Shown: positions 38,861 through 51,569 of the stretch, piece by piece
Position numbering within the stretch: the first letter of the stretch is position 1
How the letters are laid out: every line of letters starts with the position of its first letter
NCBI GenBank assembly: GCA_028534125.1
Contig: CM052818.1
Span: 11,906,001 to 11,970,000, forward strand
Direction of reading: 5' to 3'
From: Lama glama
Taxonomy: Eukaryota
DNA length: 64,000 bases
Made by a program: the position numbers and the translations under genes
Notes under the pieces: model-generated
What the model was told of the DNA's origin: nothing
What the model saw: only the letters and a program-made list of their open reading frames with translations
Databases searched by the model: none

Positions 38861-41800
38861 TACACTGCCCCCCCCCTCTTGTTTGAGTCAGTTAATACTT
38901 GAGTCAGTTAATTGAATTCTGTGAACTTTGGCCTGCCCTAACCCACCCCAGTCTTCTCAAATCAGAGAAAATGTTAGGCTCTATTTGGTTCTCCATCTTT
39001 GCTATACAGCCTAAAAATTCTCTATTCTCAATTACAGAGATTCTCAATTACAGAGATTTTTCTCATTTGTTTCCCTTCTTTCAAGGATCACTGTCCTATG
39101 CTGCCTGTTGTTTGATGTCTGAAAATCGTTTTATATATTTTGTCCAATTTTTTAGTTAATGTGGGAAGGTAAATCCTTGCCTGTTGTTCCATCATGGCTA
39201 AAAGCAGTAGTTACCTTTCAGTTTCTTAGAAGGAATACTGAATTATATATTACTTAGTGAGTATTTGCACTCAGATTCTTGAAAGTTCTAGTCCATGGTT
39301 GCTTTTTTAAAAAACTCTTTAAGATGTATAATGCCAGTATTTTTCCTTTTCCCGTATATTATTTGTTCTTTTTCTCAAGAGTGGGTAATTATGAGTCACT
39401 TTTCTCATGTGTCCAGTTGTCATTTTTAGTATGTGAATTTCCAGAAAGTATACTTGTATTATAATTTAAAGTATTTCCTACTATTTCATTTTCTTTTTCA
39501 CGGTCTCCAGTTATTTGTATATTGGATTTTGGGGGACTTGGTTTCCACTTCAGTTGCTTTTCTTAGATTGCCTTTTTTTTTTCTCATTTGGTGATTTACT
39601 TGCCCTTTTTATTTCTTAGGAAGTTTTTATTTTACTCTCTCTGAGTGCCTATTTTAACTTATCTTTATATTTTAATATTTTTTCTTTTTCTTTTTCTTTT
39701 TATTTAATTTCTGTTCTTAGTTTTAAAATTTCTGAATCTCAGTGCAAATACTCACCAAATAATATATAATTCAGAATTGTAGTTTTTTTATATCTTGTGG
39801 TTTTTGTTTGCATGGGAGATTATCATCACCTGAAGTGTTTTGATTCTCTTATTTGTACTGTTTTTGTCTGATAGAAGCTTGGTATTGATGAAGACACTAT
39901 CTTTGTGTTTGTGAACAGTGGCTTTTTGCAATAGTTTATCAAATTCCTCTTTCAAGAATACCTTCTTTTGTCACTGAAGCAAAGTGCAGTTTATTTAGTG
40001 GATAAATTTTTTGGTAGTGCTGAAGGAAAGCTTGAGTCTTTTAATTTTCTTATATAAGATCTAAATTTCCCACTCTTTTTCCTAACATCCAGTTTCCAAA
40101 GACTATCTCTACCTGCCTTTTACCATCTTCTACTGCATTTCTTTTCCAAAATGAGCTCCTTGACTTTTGTGTTCATATTAAGTTCTCTCCCTGTAGTCAG
40201 TGCTCTGATCTGCCAGAAGTGTTTATTATTACTTTTTGCACATAGTCCAATCCCCTCTTCTGTCTTCTGTGCATTTTTTCCTGAATCACATAGCTCTCTA
40301 AAAGGACTTGATGTGGGAGCCCGAGAGTGGAAATCACTGAAAAGTGGTTTATATTTTTCTTCTTACAGGTAATTTTGAAGTTTTATAGTATTCTCTTTCT
40401 TTTCATTCTGCCTAAGACATGGGATTTTTGTGGTGATATTTGTTCTTAATTTTGATGTATATCGTTTTCTGGGACGATATGTAGAGAGGTTCAGGTTTAG
40501 GCAACTGTCAGTACTTTTGTTCTCTGTAAGCCTGGAAAATCTGCTTCATGAGAGCAATTAACATTTTTTCTATGCTTTAACTAAAAAAGATAATTTTGGA
40601 CATTTTCTTGAATCAGAAAAGTATTATGGCACATGACATGGCATTTGACCTTTTAAAATGGTTGGATTTTGCAAATAAGGGGCTTTCGAATTTTATTCTT
40701 TCACGTAACAGATCAGCAGAGTCGTTTTACTATTTTTCATGTAAATTTTGAATTCCAGATTGTTCTTACACCTATGTGTGGGATGTCTGTAAAGTTAGGT
40801 TAAAGTTACTACATCATACCTTTTGGTGCTTTAATGAAATAGTGAATTATTGTTACTTGACCTTTTGAAAAGGTCAGTAGTACATTTTGTTTCATTTTTT
40901 TAAAGGACATTTAAATGTAATGAAAGTCAAAACTGCAATATTACCATGAAAGTAAAGGTTATGGGGTACATTTAATTGTGTTCCTCTATTTTTGAAACTG
41001 CTTTGAGGGAGTCTGCTAAAATTCTCGTGGTAATTGTTTTTCAAGAATTTTATTACTCTTTTTCATTTTATACTGTTGGAGTAAAAGATTATATTTCTGT
41101 TTGTCTTTTTCTGCTTACCTTTGCTCAGATTTCATGTGTATTATCCTATTTAAGTTACAAAGTTTAAGCTTCTTACCCATTCACTTTCTCAAGGAAGTAA
41201 AATTGAAAATATTTCTCAGAGAACTGTCCTTTTCTCCTTAGAAAGACTCTTGAGTAAAACTTGGTATTTTCAAACTTATAGCTAGTAAATATTTAAGTTA
41301 AAATAAGTAATTTAAGTAACAATATTTTAGTGATTTTATTTATTAAAGGTCTGAATGTGGGAGAATTAAATACATTGATTTATGAAAATATTTCTCTCAT
41401 GTCTGTATTTAGATTATTTAAATATATTTACATTTTATTAAAATCTGGAAAATTAGATATGAAGCCTATAATGTATTGTATATTCTCATTTTACATTATT
41501 TTTTCCATATCAAAGCAGTTTGATGGAGTTACCTTTTTCATAAATTTATTTCCTAAGAAATAACATTTAAATTTCTCCTTTACATCTACATTAACCATTT
41601 CTTAGTATTTCTTGTGTTTATGTGAATGAATTTCTCTTTAAAAACAGTCCTGTCTTCGTGTTTTGATTACCCAATAATTACAAAGTTTCTGACATTTTTG
41701 AGTTATTTTCCCCTAAATGCAATATTCTGTTGCTTATATTTTATCAAATATTTGGGTAAAGTTGATACCTTTTAGAAAGTAAATGAAAACATTGCCTTTT

Positions 41801-41876
41801 CTACGTGATTCTCTTTAACTTAACATTAAGTGAAAGATGAAAATTTCAGTGAACTGTTTTTTACTATTCTCCACAG

Positions 41877-41935
41877 GGAAGAGATTTCCACCTTAGAATA
41901 TTGTTGCCTAAAGATTTACAACTGAGGAATGCAAG
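41877..41935 (+). CDS. FANCL: FANCL coding exon 2 (GRDFHLRILLPKDLQLRNAR)
   Basis: Acceptor ttctccacag|GGA, donor AAG|gtgatg; 59 nt; continues the exon 1 frame and matches the FANCL ELF domain. Confidence 0.96.
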
Positions 41936-42339
41936 GTGATGTGGGGTGTTGTTATTTACTGTACATGGATCTTGGCGGGTTGGGTCGGGCAGTCATCTAT
42001 CTGATATGAACTGATTGTAGTCATTAGAGTTTTGGGTAAAGTGCTTATTAATCAATCAACGGAAACATTTCTGGTTTTTCCAAATCAATGTGCTTTGTAA
42101 ATGGTATTCCCTAGTGCTGAAGTGCTTTGCAAAGGTAACATTCTCTAATTTTTTTTTTTAATTTAAAACAGTAAAAGGCAATTGTGTAAACTTCACTAAC
42201 AAGTGAGAATATTTGGAGAATTCAAAGGAATTGGAAAACTTTGTTTCTCTTTTGACTGATGTCACTTTGTGACTATGCAGTCTGTGGGACAACCCTCATT
42301 ATCAGTTCTATCCAACAGGACATGTTGAGAAATTAAGTA

Positions 42340-43450
42340 TCAACATGGGCTGTTGGGATGGACAGCCCTTCAAGGAATGTCAAGAGACTAGAAACTTAGG
42401 TAGTGCTGAAATCTCATTTCTGATCCTAAAAGAGGAGGGAGAATCCAGAGAGTTAGGAGTAAAACTGATAGGATTTTGTGACTGATCAGCAGTGGGAAGT
42501 AAGAGGGAAAGAGCAGGGAAGGCAATGTTTTCCAGGTTCTTAACTCCTGTCACTAAGCTGGAGAAGAGGTCACAGATGGAAGAAGTAGAAGAGGAATTGT
42601 TTTAAGACATGTCAGATGTGAAATACCAAGAGGAGACTTTCCGTAGGTAGTGGTGTTTTGGTGTGGAACTTGAGCATAAGACTTGGAGTGGAGATATTTG
42701 AGGAAATCACAGTAGGCATGGGATTTGCAACCATAAATATGGGTAGACTTTCCAGTGCCTGCACGTATGGAGTGAGAAGAGAAAGCCAGTGACAGCATCT
42801 CGAGGGCATGCCAACATTTAAAGGACTGGTAAATAAAGAGGACCTTGGAAGAAATCTAAAGATTGACAAGAGAAGTAACAGGAAAACCTGGACAATTGTC
42901 TCTGAAGCCAGATAAAGAGAAGCTTAAAGGCAGGATGGTTAACAGTGCTGAGTGCTGCAAAGGGATCAGTTTAGATTGAATAGGCTTCATGTAGTGGTGG
43001 AAGCCAGCTTGGTTGGGTTTTTGGAATAGGAAATGTAAATAGTATAAACTACTTTGAAGAACAGGAGTGGCTTTAGTGGAGGGTGTGTAGTCAACAAGAG
43101 TTATTATGTGTTGTTGTGGTTATTTTTAATGAGATTTGCTTGAGTAAGTTAATACTATGGAGGAAAAAACTAGCAGAAAATAAGGCTACCACAGTGAAGG
43201 AATAATCATAGTGAATTGGTGTGACTGTTGGTGGCAAGGGGTGGAAAGTACGTTTGGTGAGGGGATTTCCCAAGAGCAAGTGAATGAGCTACTCTGCCAC
43301 TCTTGAGAGTAGATAGTATGGCAGCAGGGGTTAGCACACCAAGAGCAGAGAGGGTCGTGGGATGTTTGAAATGGTCTTGCTTGGGAAAACTCAGACTTTC
43401 TCCTTCTAGATAAGTAGAAGCAATTCCTAGAAGAGTTCCTTACCTAACAA
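42340..43450 (-). mobile_element. L2 fragments (intron 2)
   Basis: aggcaatgttttccaggttcttaactc...ttgttttaagacatgtcagatgtgaaatacc...ccaacatttaaagg. Confidence 0.65.
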
Positions 43451-43915
43451 TATTGGGTGCACAGCTGAGGTGAATAAATGAACTTTAATTTATCACTATA
43501 CAATTAAAGTGTGTATCCTTAATATGGAATTTGAAGACTATATTGCTACATACGCTTTCTCAAATACGGTTCTGTATATTATGATCAAAACTGTTGGTTT
43601 CATTTAACCTACCTTGGAGAAGAATTCAGTTCAGTAGAAAACCTTGCTTTGGGTATGGTAAAGTTTAAAACAAAAAAGTACTGTTTTGTTTACATGTCGT
43701 TTGCTGACTGCAGTTATATTTTGAAATAAAATTAGTACTGACAGTTTGAAGACATGATTTTCAACAGTACCAGTGGTAAAAATTTTACTAACTTGTCAGA
43801 ATTACGTTTATGTCATTCTTTTCTATGTAATGTACATGTTTGTGTTAGTGTATAAATGTTTTTTTCTCTTAATTCTGAACAATGAACAAACCATTTTGTT
43901 CCATTAAAATTTTAG

Positions 43916-43976
43916 ATTACTATGTAGTTGGCAGCTGAGAACAATACTAAATGGATATCATCAAGTAGTACAACAG
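43916..43976 (+). CDS. FANCL: FANCL coding exon 3 (LLCSWQLRTILNGYHQVVQQ)
   Basis: Acceptor ttttag|A, donor CAG|gtaagt; 61 nt; phase 2 to phase 0; matches FANCL. Confidence 0.96.
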
Positions 43977-45257
43977 GTAAGTCCTTTAAAAGATTTATGT
44001 TTTAAGCGAGGGTAAGAAATTACTAAATCTCTTTTTAAAAGACCTATTTTGCGGACTGTTGTAATAAACTAGTTTCGTAATTGCTGAATTCTGTAAGTTT
44101 CATCTCTACCAAATATTTTAAGGATCCATGTTTTACATAAAATGTTTCCTGTCTCAGACTCCTGATCACATCTCCAGGCAGCATTTGTGTCGAAACTGAT
44201 TTCCATCCTTGAGATTTTAGGGTCTTCAAATGCATATACCCTATCCATATCCATCACTTTTTGAGTGATTTTTCTGTTGCAACTGAGTAGAGATGGTACC
44301 TAAAAATCCCAGGACCCATTTAGGAGTTGTAGGGTAGGAGTGGCAAAAATTTGATTGTAATTCAAGATTAGCAACAGAAAGGTGGGGTGGAAATCACTTA
44401 GGATCATGTATGCCTACGTAATGAGAGTAGATGTAAAGGCAGGATTGGTGAAATAGTCAGGATTAATTTAGTTATTCTTTATTTTTTAAAATTTTGTAAC
44501 TAAGTTTGTACTTTTATCATCCTTCACACACTCCACCCACCTGCCCACTCCAATTCAAAATTTGTTAAAATTCTTAACGTTTTGTTTCCTCTACCCGAAA
44601 ATACCTTTAAAGATTAGAGAAACAAACAAAAAGTAGTTACTGAACAACTGAAAATAATGAAATGCCTCTTGTAGAAAAATAAATGTAAGTAGAACTGCCT
44701 TTCTTTTGATGCTTTATTCATTTGTATGTTTTTCCTGATTTCCTTTATTTTCTCTTATCTTAAAGCAGGTTATTATCTTTGGTACTGACAGTGACAGTCA
44801 TACTCACTTAAAGCTTTACTGAACCACAAAGAAATACAGGAGATAAACTATTTGATTTGTAGAATGTAGGCTGTCTTTGCTGGCAGTATAATTACAGCAG
44901 ATTTTTAAGGGAATGTTTAAATTATTTCTGTTTTCTCTCCACTGCCCCCACCGCATCCACTGTGACTGTATCAAATACTAAAGTTTAAGAAATGAATCTA
45001 ATGAGATATCTGAATAGCTTGAAGAAAACTTGTTAATAAAGATTAAGAATAATAATCAGCTCTATAACAGTTTTTCTCCACCAGTTCACCAAGAGGGTTC
45101 CTAGAAAAAGTTGCAGTTACTTATTTCCTCCCTGTCTTCCAGTTGGTCACATAGAACCCAGTGTTAGTTTGAGTCTTTGTTTTATTCCAAAGTCCTGGTG
45201 AATATTACTATTCTTTCCTGGTATCATTTTTAACTTTAGTAATTATGGGTTGGGGGG

Positions 45258-45476
45258 GGGTCAACAGCCTTTTTCTTTGATGGGCCAGATAGTAAATTTG
45301 TCAGGTTTTGTGGGTCCTACGTTCTGTCATAATCACTCAACTCTGCCCTTGTAGCACCAAAGCAGCCTTGACAAGAGGTAAATGAGTAGACGTGGTTGCA
45401 TTTCATTACAACTCTATTTACAGAAACAGCTCTTGGTCTGGACTCAGCCTCTGGGCTGTAGTTTGCACATCTTTGA
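45258..45476. mobile_element. MER58 (hAT-Charlie)
   Basis: gggccagatagtaaat...actcaactctgcccttgtagcaccaaagcagcc...gggctgtagtttgc. Confidence 0.8.
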
Positions 45477-46465
45477 TATGATGTATTACCATCTCTAGTA
45501 AACTATGGGGAAAATACTGTATAGAAGAAGGGAAAGTCAAAGATTGGTTCTACAAACGTGTGCCCACCCAAAGCTGTGTTAAGATGTGAATCATATATTT
45601 CATGTATTGTTGAAATATCTGAGATTACTATTTTTCTCATCTAAAAATAGTGAATTTACATATCAGCTTTGTTCAGAACCATGGTGGTAGTCCAGGGCCT
45701 CAGAAAAAGTAACAAATACATTATTTTGATTTCAAGTAGAGGAATGATGTAGAGATTTATCTAAGAAAGCAATTTTAAATGAGATTTATTTTTGCTTTCT
45801 TTTATTCTATAGTTATTTTCTTTGAAGAATCAGATTTCTAGGAAATGGAACCATGACTTGAATATTCATTCTACTTCAGAAATTACTTCCTTTTTACCAT
45901 TTTATTATAATGATTTTACCTTATTGAAAGATTGATTCCTTTTGAATTAATATGGGCTGGTTGTAAAAGGACAAAATTAACAATTATAGGTAGTCTTTAA
46001 GGTCAAGGAAAACATTAAAATAGACAATATTTTGATTGCTAATTCATTGCTCTAACTAGATTTTTTAATTGTATAGACTTGCCTGATTTTTATGTTTTAT
46101 GCTCCTCTTGACACTCCTTTCATTCATACCGTCTTTTTTCCCCCTTAATAGTGATGTGGTTTGCTAGATTTATTAAACTTGGCAATAATTAGTGCTGAAG
46201 AAATGAGTGTGTGAGATTTTAAGTGACATTCTTATATAATTCAGTATATCTCACCAAAACAGATTTGAGGGCTTTAATTCTCTTTAAAAATGAAATTGGT
46301 AGGAATAGTAGGGATAATGATCAATGCTTCAGTTCTTATCGTTTTAAGACATAGATATAGCTAGTTTTTTTCATATTCACATGGACTAGGATTTTATTTC
46401 AACTTCAGTGCATGGAATATTCATTGTACATATGAAAATTAATTGGAAATGTTGTTTTGATCTAG

Positions 46466-46522
46466 AGAATGCAGCACTCTCCTGATCTAATGAGCTTTAT
46501 GATGGAGTTGAAGATGGTTTTG
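46466..46522 (+). CDS. FANCL: FANCL coding exon 4 (RMQHSPDLMSFMMELKMVL)
   Basis: Acceptor gatctag|AGA, donor TTG|gtaagg; 57 nt; matches FANCL. Confidence 0.96.
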
Positions 46523-46689
46523 GTAAGGATTTGTTTTCTAACCCTGTTATGATATATAACTTTTGTATACAACTGAAGATTTCTGAAAAGTTTGTTAGGC
46601 TTAATTACATACATATGTTACATATCATAATCATTTGATTAATTATGCATAAAATACTGGATTATTTAGTTTATCCTATGGACATTTTA

Positions 46690-48440
46690 TTATTTAGAAC
46701 AGAATTTTATTATGCAAGTTTTCAACATAAACAGAAGAGGGAAGACTTTAGTGACTATTCATGGGCCTATGACCTAACTTCAAAATTTTGCCAGTCATAC
46801 TTCTTCCCCTACTCTTAGGACAAAGAGAGTGGAGTATTTTAAAGGAAACTCTGGATTTTGTATCCATACCTCCATAAATACGTCAGCGTATGCTTTAACA
46901 CCTAAGTGCTTTTTGTCTGTTTTAAAATATGCTGTCATGAAGGGAGGTGGGTAGCTCAGTGGTAGAACTCGTGTTATGCGTGCACAGTGTCCTGAGTTCA
47001 ATCCCCAGGACCTGATCCATTAAAAAAAACAAAACAAAACAAAGTAAAATTTTAAACAAGTAAAGTTTCAATTAAAAAAATGCTGTTATAACCCCAGCAA
47101 AATTAGTGTTAATTCCTTATAACTGCTTTGTTTGTATCAGCATACAAACAAGGTGCACACGTTATATTCAGTTGATACATCTCTTAAGTCTCTATGTACC
47201 TCCTGTATAGCAGCACCTCCTTTTCTCCTTATCCCTTTTTTTTCCCATGCCACCTACTTACTGAGTAAACCAGATTTTGTGTCTTATAAAATTTCCTACA
47301 TTCTAGATTTGATATACTAGATATTCATGGTACCTTTTAACTTATTTGTCTACCTTTTTTCATAATCTGGCAGTTAGATCTAGAGAGTCTCAACAGAGTT
47401 GAATTTATTTGTTCTGGCAAGACTACTTTGTGTGCTGTATTTCTAACTTTGCATCAGGAGGCATATAGTGTCTGATAGCTCCTCTTGTAGTAGGGTTAAG
47501 ATTGATCAATAGGTTTAGGTGCATCCAGTACAAAGTTTCCCATCAACCTGTCACCTGATGATTTTAGCATCCAATGATGGTCATTGCCTATATCCAATAT
47601 TTCATTAGGGCTGGAAGTGGTGGTTTTATAAAATCTGTTGCCTACGTTTATTAGCTGAAAATCTTTTACAGAGAACAACTTACTCTCATCAGTTATTTGG
47701 TTAATTTGAGGTGTAGCTTTCACTGGAGAGAGAGAATAGTGCTTGTTTCTTGTCCCCTCCCTTTCTTTAAAGTCAATTTTTAGAATAATGAGTTGGTGCT
47801 TAGCAACTGTCAAAGGGAACTAGTGATTATTTTCTTTTTTTAGTATTATTATGAACTCATGGGTTTTTATATACTTGACTAACTTTAATCCATTGCAATC
47901 ATTATTCTTTTCAGTGCTTAAATTGTACCATTTTTGGTCAGTGTAAGCGCCTTCATGTTGGCTCCTGAGTTCTTTTAACACAACCCAAGCTTTGCTTTAT
48001 GACACTGGTTGCCCCAGTTTCATTAACTCATCCTATTGCAGAACTGTGATCAGTCACTCTTCCAAAGACCCATAGTTTCTTTGTAGAAAATGGTATTTGG
48101 ATCCCACAGTCTGAAACTGGAGTGTTCATTGCTATTACTTCTAGGCCTTTTCAGCAGACAAAGCTAGAAAAAAGTACTGTTTAATAAAATAATTATGAGT
48201 TTGTTTCAGTATTTTCAGTTCAAATATGGCATTATAGGGATTTTACTTTGATTTTATGCTTGTATCTTTTCTCTTAAATCTGAAAATCTTCATTTCTAAT
48301 ATTAACATTTTATTACGTTTTTACTTGTTATGTTTTACTTACACTTTTCTTGTATCTATAAAATATTTTATATTTGTTATACAAAATTACAATACCAGTA
48401 ATTCCTACTAGCAATATATTGAACTAACAACTGAAAGCAG
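46690..48440 (-). mobile_element. L1MC4-like 3' end (intron 4), interrupted by a SINE
   Basis: ggagtattttaaaggaaactc...aagtttcccatcaacctgtcacctgatgattttagcatcca...cttcatgttggctcctgagttcttttaacacaacc. Confidence 0.7.
46942..47074 (+). mobile_element. Vic-1-like SINE
   Basis: A box tagctcagtgg, B box gagttcaatccc, A-rich tail; degenerate TSD aaaatatgctgtcatga / aaaaaatgctgttataa. Confidence 0.85.
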
Positions 48441-51010
48441 TTTGATTTTTTTTTTGTGGTTCTTTTTGAAGACTTTTTATTGTTAGCAGCAGCTGCCACG
48501 TATTGAGCTGCTAGATTTGAGTCCTCTTCTTAATCCTCAGAACAACCCCCTAAGGTGGGACTTTGGTAAAATGTTTGGGATCAAAATAAAGAGTATGAAG
48601 TCAATTTCTGAAGCTTAATTTTGACTTATAAATTTGTAAACCCTAATTAATAAGGATTATCAAAACTGATTATAAATTTTGTCAAAGGCGAAAATACGAT
48701 AACCTTACTTACAGAAGATACGATGAAGTGAAGTTATTTTGGTTTATATCCCCTTGACATTGGACAAAAGTTTGAAAAGTTTCTTGTATCTTTTTATTAT
48801 AAATTTAATAAGCTATACAAATAGAAGGACTAAGGGAACCAGAGTAAAACTACATATTCTGGGACCCATCAAGCTTTGTTACTGAAGCTAGCTTTATTAG
48901 GTTGCAAGCATGGCTCTATTGGCCATTTAATTTTGAAGAAATACTCCTTAATTTAAAACTAAAATAAAATATTGAGATTGATGTCTGATTCAGTGTTCTG
49001 ATTAGTACATTTGTTATTGCATTTCTGAATAAAATGAGATCCTGTGTTTTTAGCTTTCTTAGAAATTATGGACAGAGTTAATGATGTTATTGCACATTTA
49101 TGACTGTACCTAAAAATATAAGAATTATTAGTTTATTAGATTGTGTTGTCAGTAATAGGTTCATTCAATATAATCACTGGTGCAAGTATTGAGAATGTTG
49201 CCCAAATGAAATCAGTAACTGCTGAATTTAGGAAACTGTTAATCTTGCATGGAGTTTTCTAGTAATAAGTAGGCATATAGTAGGAGTTTGGTATATATTT
49301 AATAAATGAACAATTGTATTTAAAAAAAAACTCTGTGAGGTAGATTATTTAATTTTTTTGGAGCTGAGTCACTGAGTGCTTAAGGCCTTAAAACTAGGAA
49401 GTGTTTAAAGTTAGGATTTAAAACCTGTTTGTAAAGCCTGTGTTCTTTCTTCTGTGTTCCTTTGCTTACCTCTCCACAAAGAAGACTTTGCTTCTCCTTT
49501 GCCCGTCTCTCTTATGGTTATAGAATAGGAATAACTTGTCTGACCCAAGGTTGAAGTCAGAGTTTACAAGTGTCATAAACCAGATTAAAATACATTTTTA
49601 CTATTATCTAAATTTACTTTTACCTTCATTATATGTGGATAGCTGTAATTAATATTTTTGAATTGAAAAAATTTTCAAATGAAGTACCATGTAGCTCTTA
49701 CAAGTATAAGTACAGGAACTAGACTGACTATTACTGTCATTTTTAGTAACAGGATAATTTTAGGTACAAATTTATTTTTAAAGACCATCAGGGTATTTAC
49801 ATATAGCATTAGGTATTTAAGTTTATAAAAAAGGGCCGTATATCCTTGTCTTTTAGGGACTTCCCTTCTAATTCAAGCTGACATTCTGAGCTTCACAAAC
49901 CTGCTTCACAATTTTGTTTATTTTTAACCTAAAGCAGATTTAGAACTGTAGTAAAGTAGTTTCAGTAAATAGTTCTGATTTTGAAATGCTGTTTTATAAA
50001 AATGTATTCTTTCTAGTGTTATCTTAATTTAATAGTGTCCAGTCCTTGTTTAAGAAAAGGATAAGGACTAATAGATTAAACATATACTCAAATGAATAAA
50101 AATCTATACTTTTTATTAGGGTTGCCAGAAATATTTAAAGCTTTTTATACTTGTTCCCATATGGTTTTGTTATATCTGATTTTTAAAAATTTTATTTCTT
50201 TACTTTTTACAACACCGTTTGATAATCCAGACCATATGAACATCTGTGTAATTCATAGATACATTTATTTTTACTTCCCAAATAAGATATTTGTCTAGGT
50301 TAGCACCTTTGAAGTAATTGGTAATTTTTAGCCTCGGCAATTCTAGTGATGTTTGTATTGCTTATTAAAAAAAATTAAATTTTAGTTTTGTTTGGGGGAA
50401 CATAAACCATCTTAAAGATATCATAGGTGGGCTTAGCAGGGAAATGAACTGTGATCTAGCCAGATAGATGGCAAAACACGTAGCTCATCTGGGAGCAATA
50501 CAGAATGTAAGTCAGTAAAAGAAAATTAACAGGTAAGTACTTACTGTGATAATGAAGAGGTTTTGTTTGTAAGAAAGTGATTCATAACTGTGTACAAATA
50601 TATTAGTCTAGGCAGTATACATAGAGTTCAGGCTTTAATTCTTTAACAGTATGTGTTTTGTTCTATCAAACGGTATATCTACAGGGGTAGAAAAATAGTG
50701 AAGCCTTGAGGATGAGTTTTTTCTTTTTGAACTTTTCTCATCTCTGATAGGCATAGTAATCTAGGAGAATATTAAAGCCTTAAGTTTATATGGTATAATA
50801 ATTGACATTTTTACATGACCTTTAGTGCAGTCCTTTAACTTTTTCATGTCTCTTTTTTTATAAGGAAGGAAATGATTTAGCTGGATTTTCTATAAAAATA
50901 ATGGCCACTTTATTTAGGCACAACGATTATAAAATTGTGTTTTGTAATCAGGTACTAATAATTCATTGGCTAGCATTCCAGAACTGATTCAGGTTTTTTC
51001 TTTTAAATAG

Positions 51011-51111
51011 GAGGTTGCTTTAAAGAATAAACAAGAGCTACCTGTCCTACCTCCTCCTCCCCAGTACTACTCAAGCCTCATTGAAGAGATAGGAGCTCTT
51101 GGTTGGGATAA
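51011..51111 (+). CDS. FANCL: FANCL coding exon 5 (EVALKNKQELPVLPPPPQYYSSLIEEIGALGWD[K]); gene continues beyond the window
   Basis: Acceptor ttttaaatag|GAG, donor AA|gtacgt; 101 nt; poly-proline linker and IG.LGWDK motif of FANCL. No intact exon 6 found before 64000. Confidence 0.96.
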
Positions 51112-51569
51112 GTACGTCTATTTTAAAATATGATTTAGAAAAGTTTTTCTCTTACACGTTATAATTTAGTATATTTATAGTTTTAGCAATTTATTTTGTA
51201 CCTATATTTAGGCAAAGTGTTTTATTGTAATTAGAGTATCTGATCCTTATTATGGCTATGAATTAAGGTGTATCATCTTAAAAAAAATTGACCTACAAGG
51301 TAGACTACTAAATGTAACTTAGAAAAAGTAATGTGTTTATATACACAGTAAGATATTACCATATTTTCACTGAACATGTAACATTTTCTTTTTTACTTTT
51401 AGTGATATATAATTGACAAAATTATATCATATCTAAAGTGTACAATGTGAAGATTTGATATACCTATACGTTGTGAAAGGATTCCTACAATTGCAGTAAT
51501 CAGTATATCCAACATCTCATTATTTGCCTTTTTTTGACCTTTTTTTTTTAACTTTACAGAATTAAAAAA

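Noticed and set aside
46942..47015. tRNA-like sequence with A and B boxes (also at 28651 and 60473)
   Set aside because: A-rich tails, TSDs and no intact cloverleaf indicate SINE heads, not tRNA genes.
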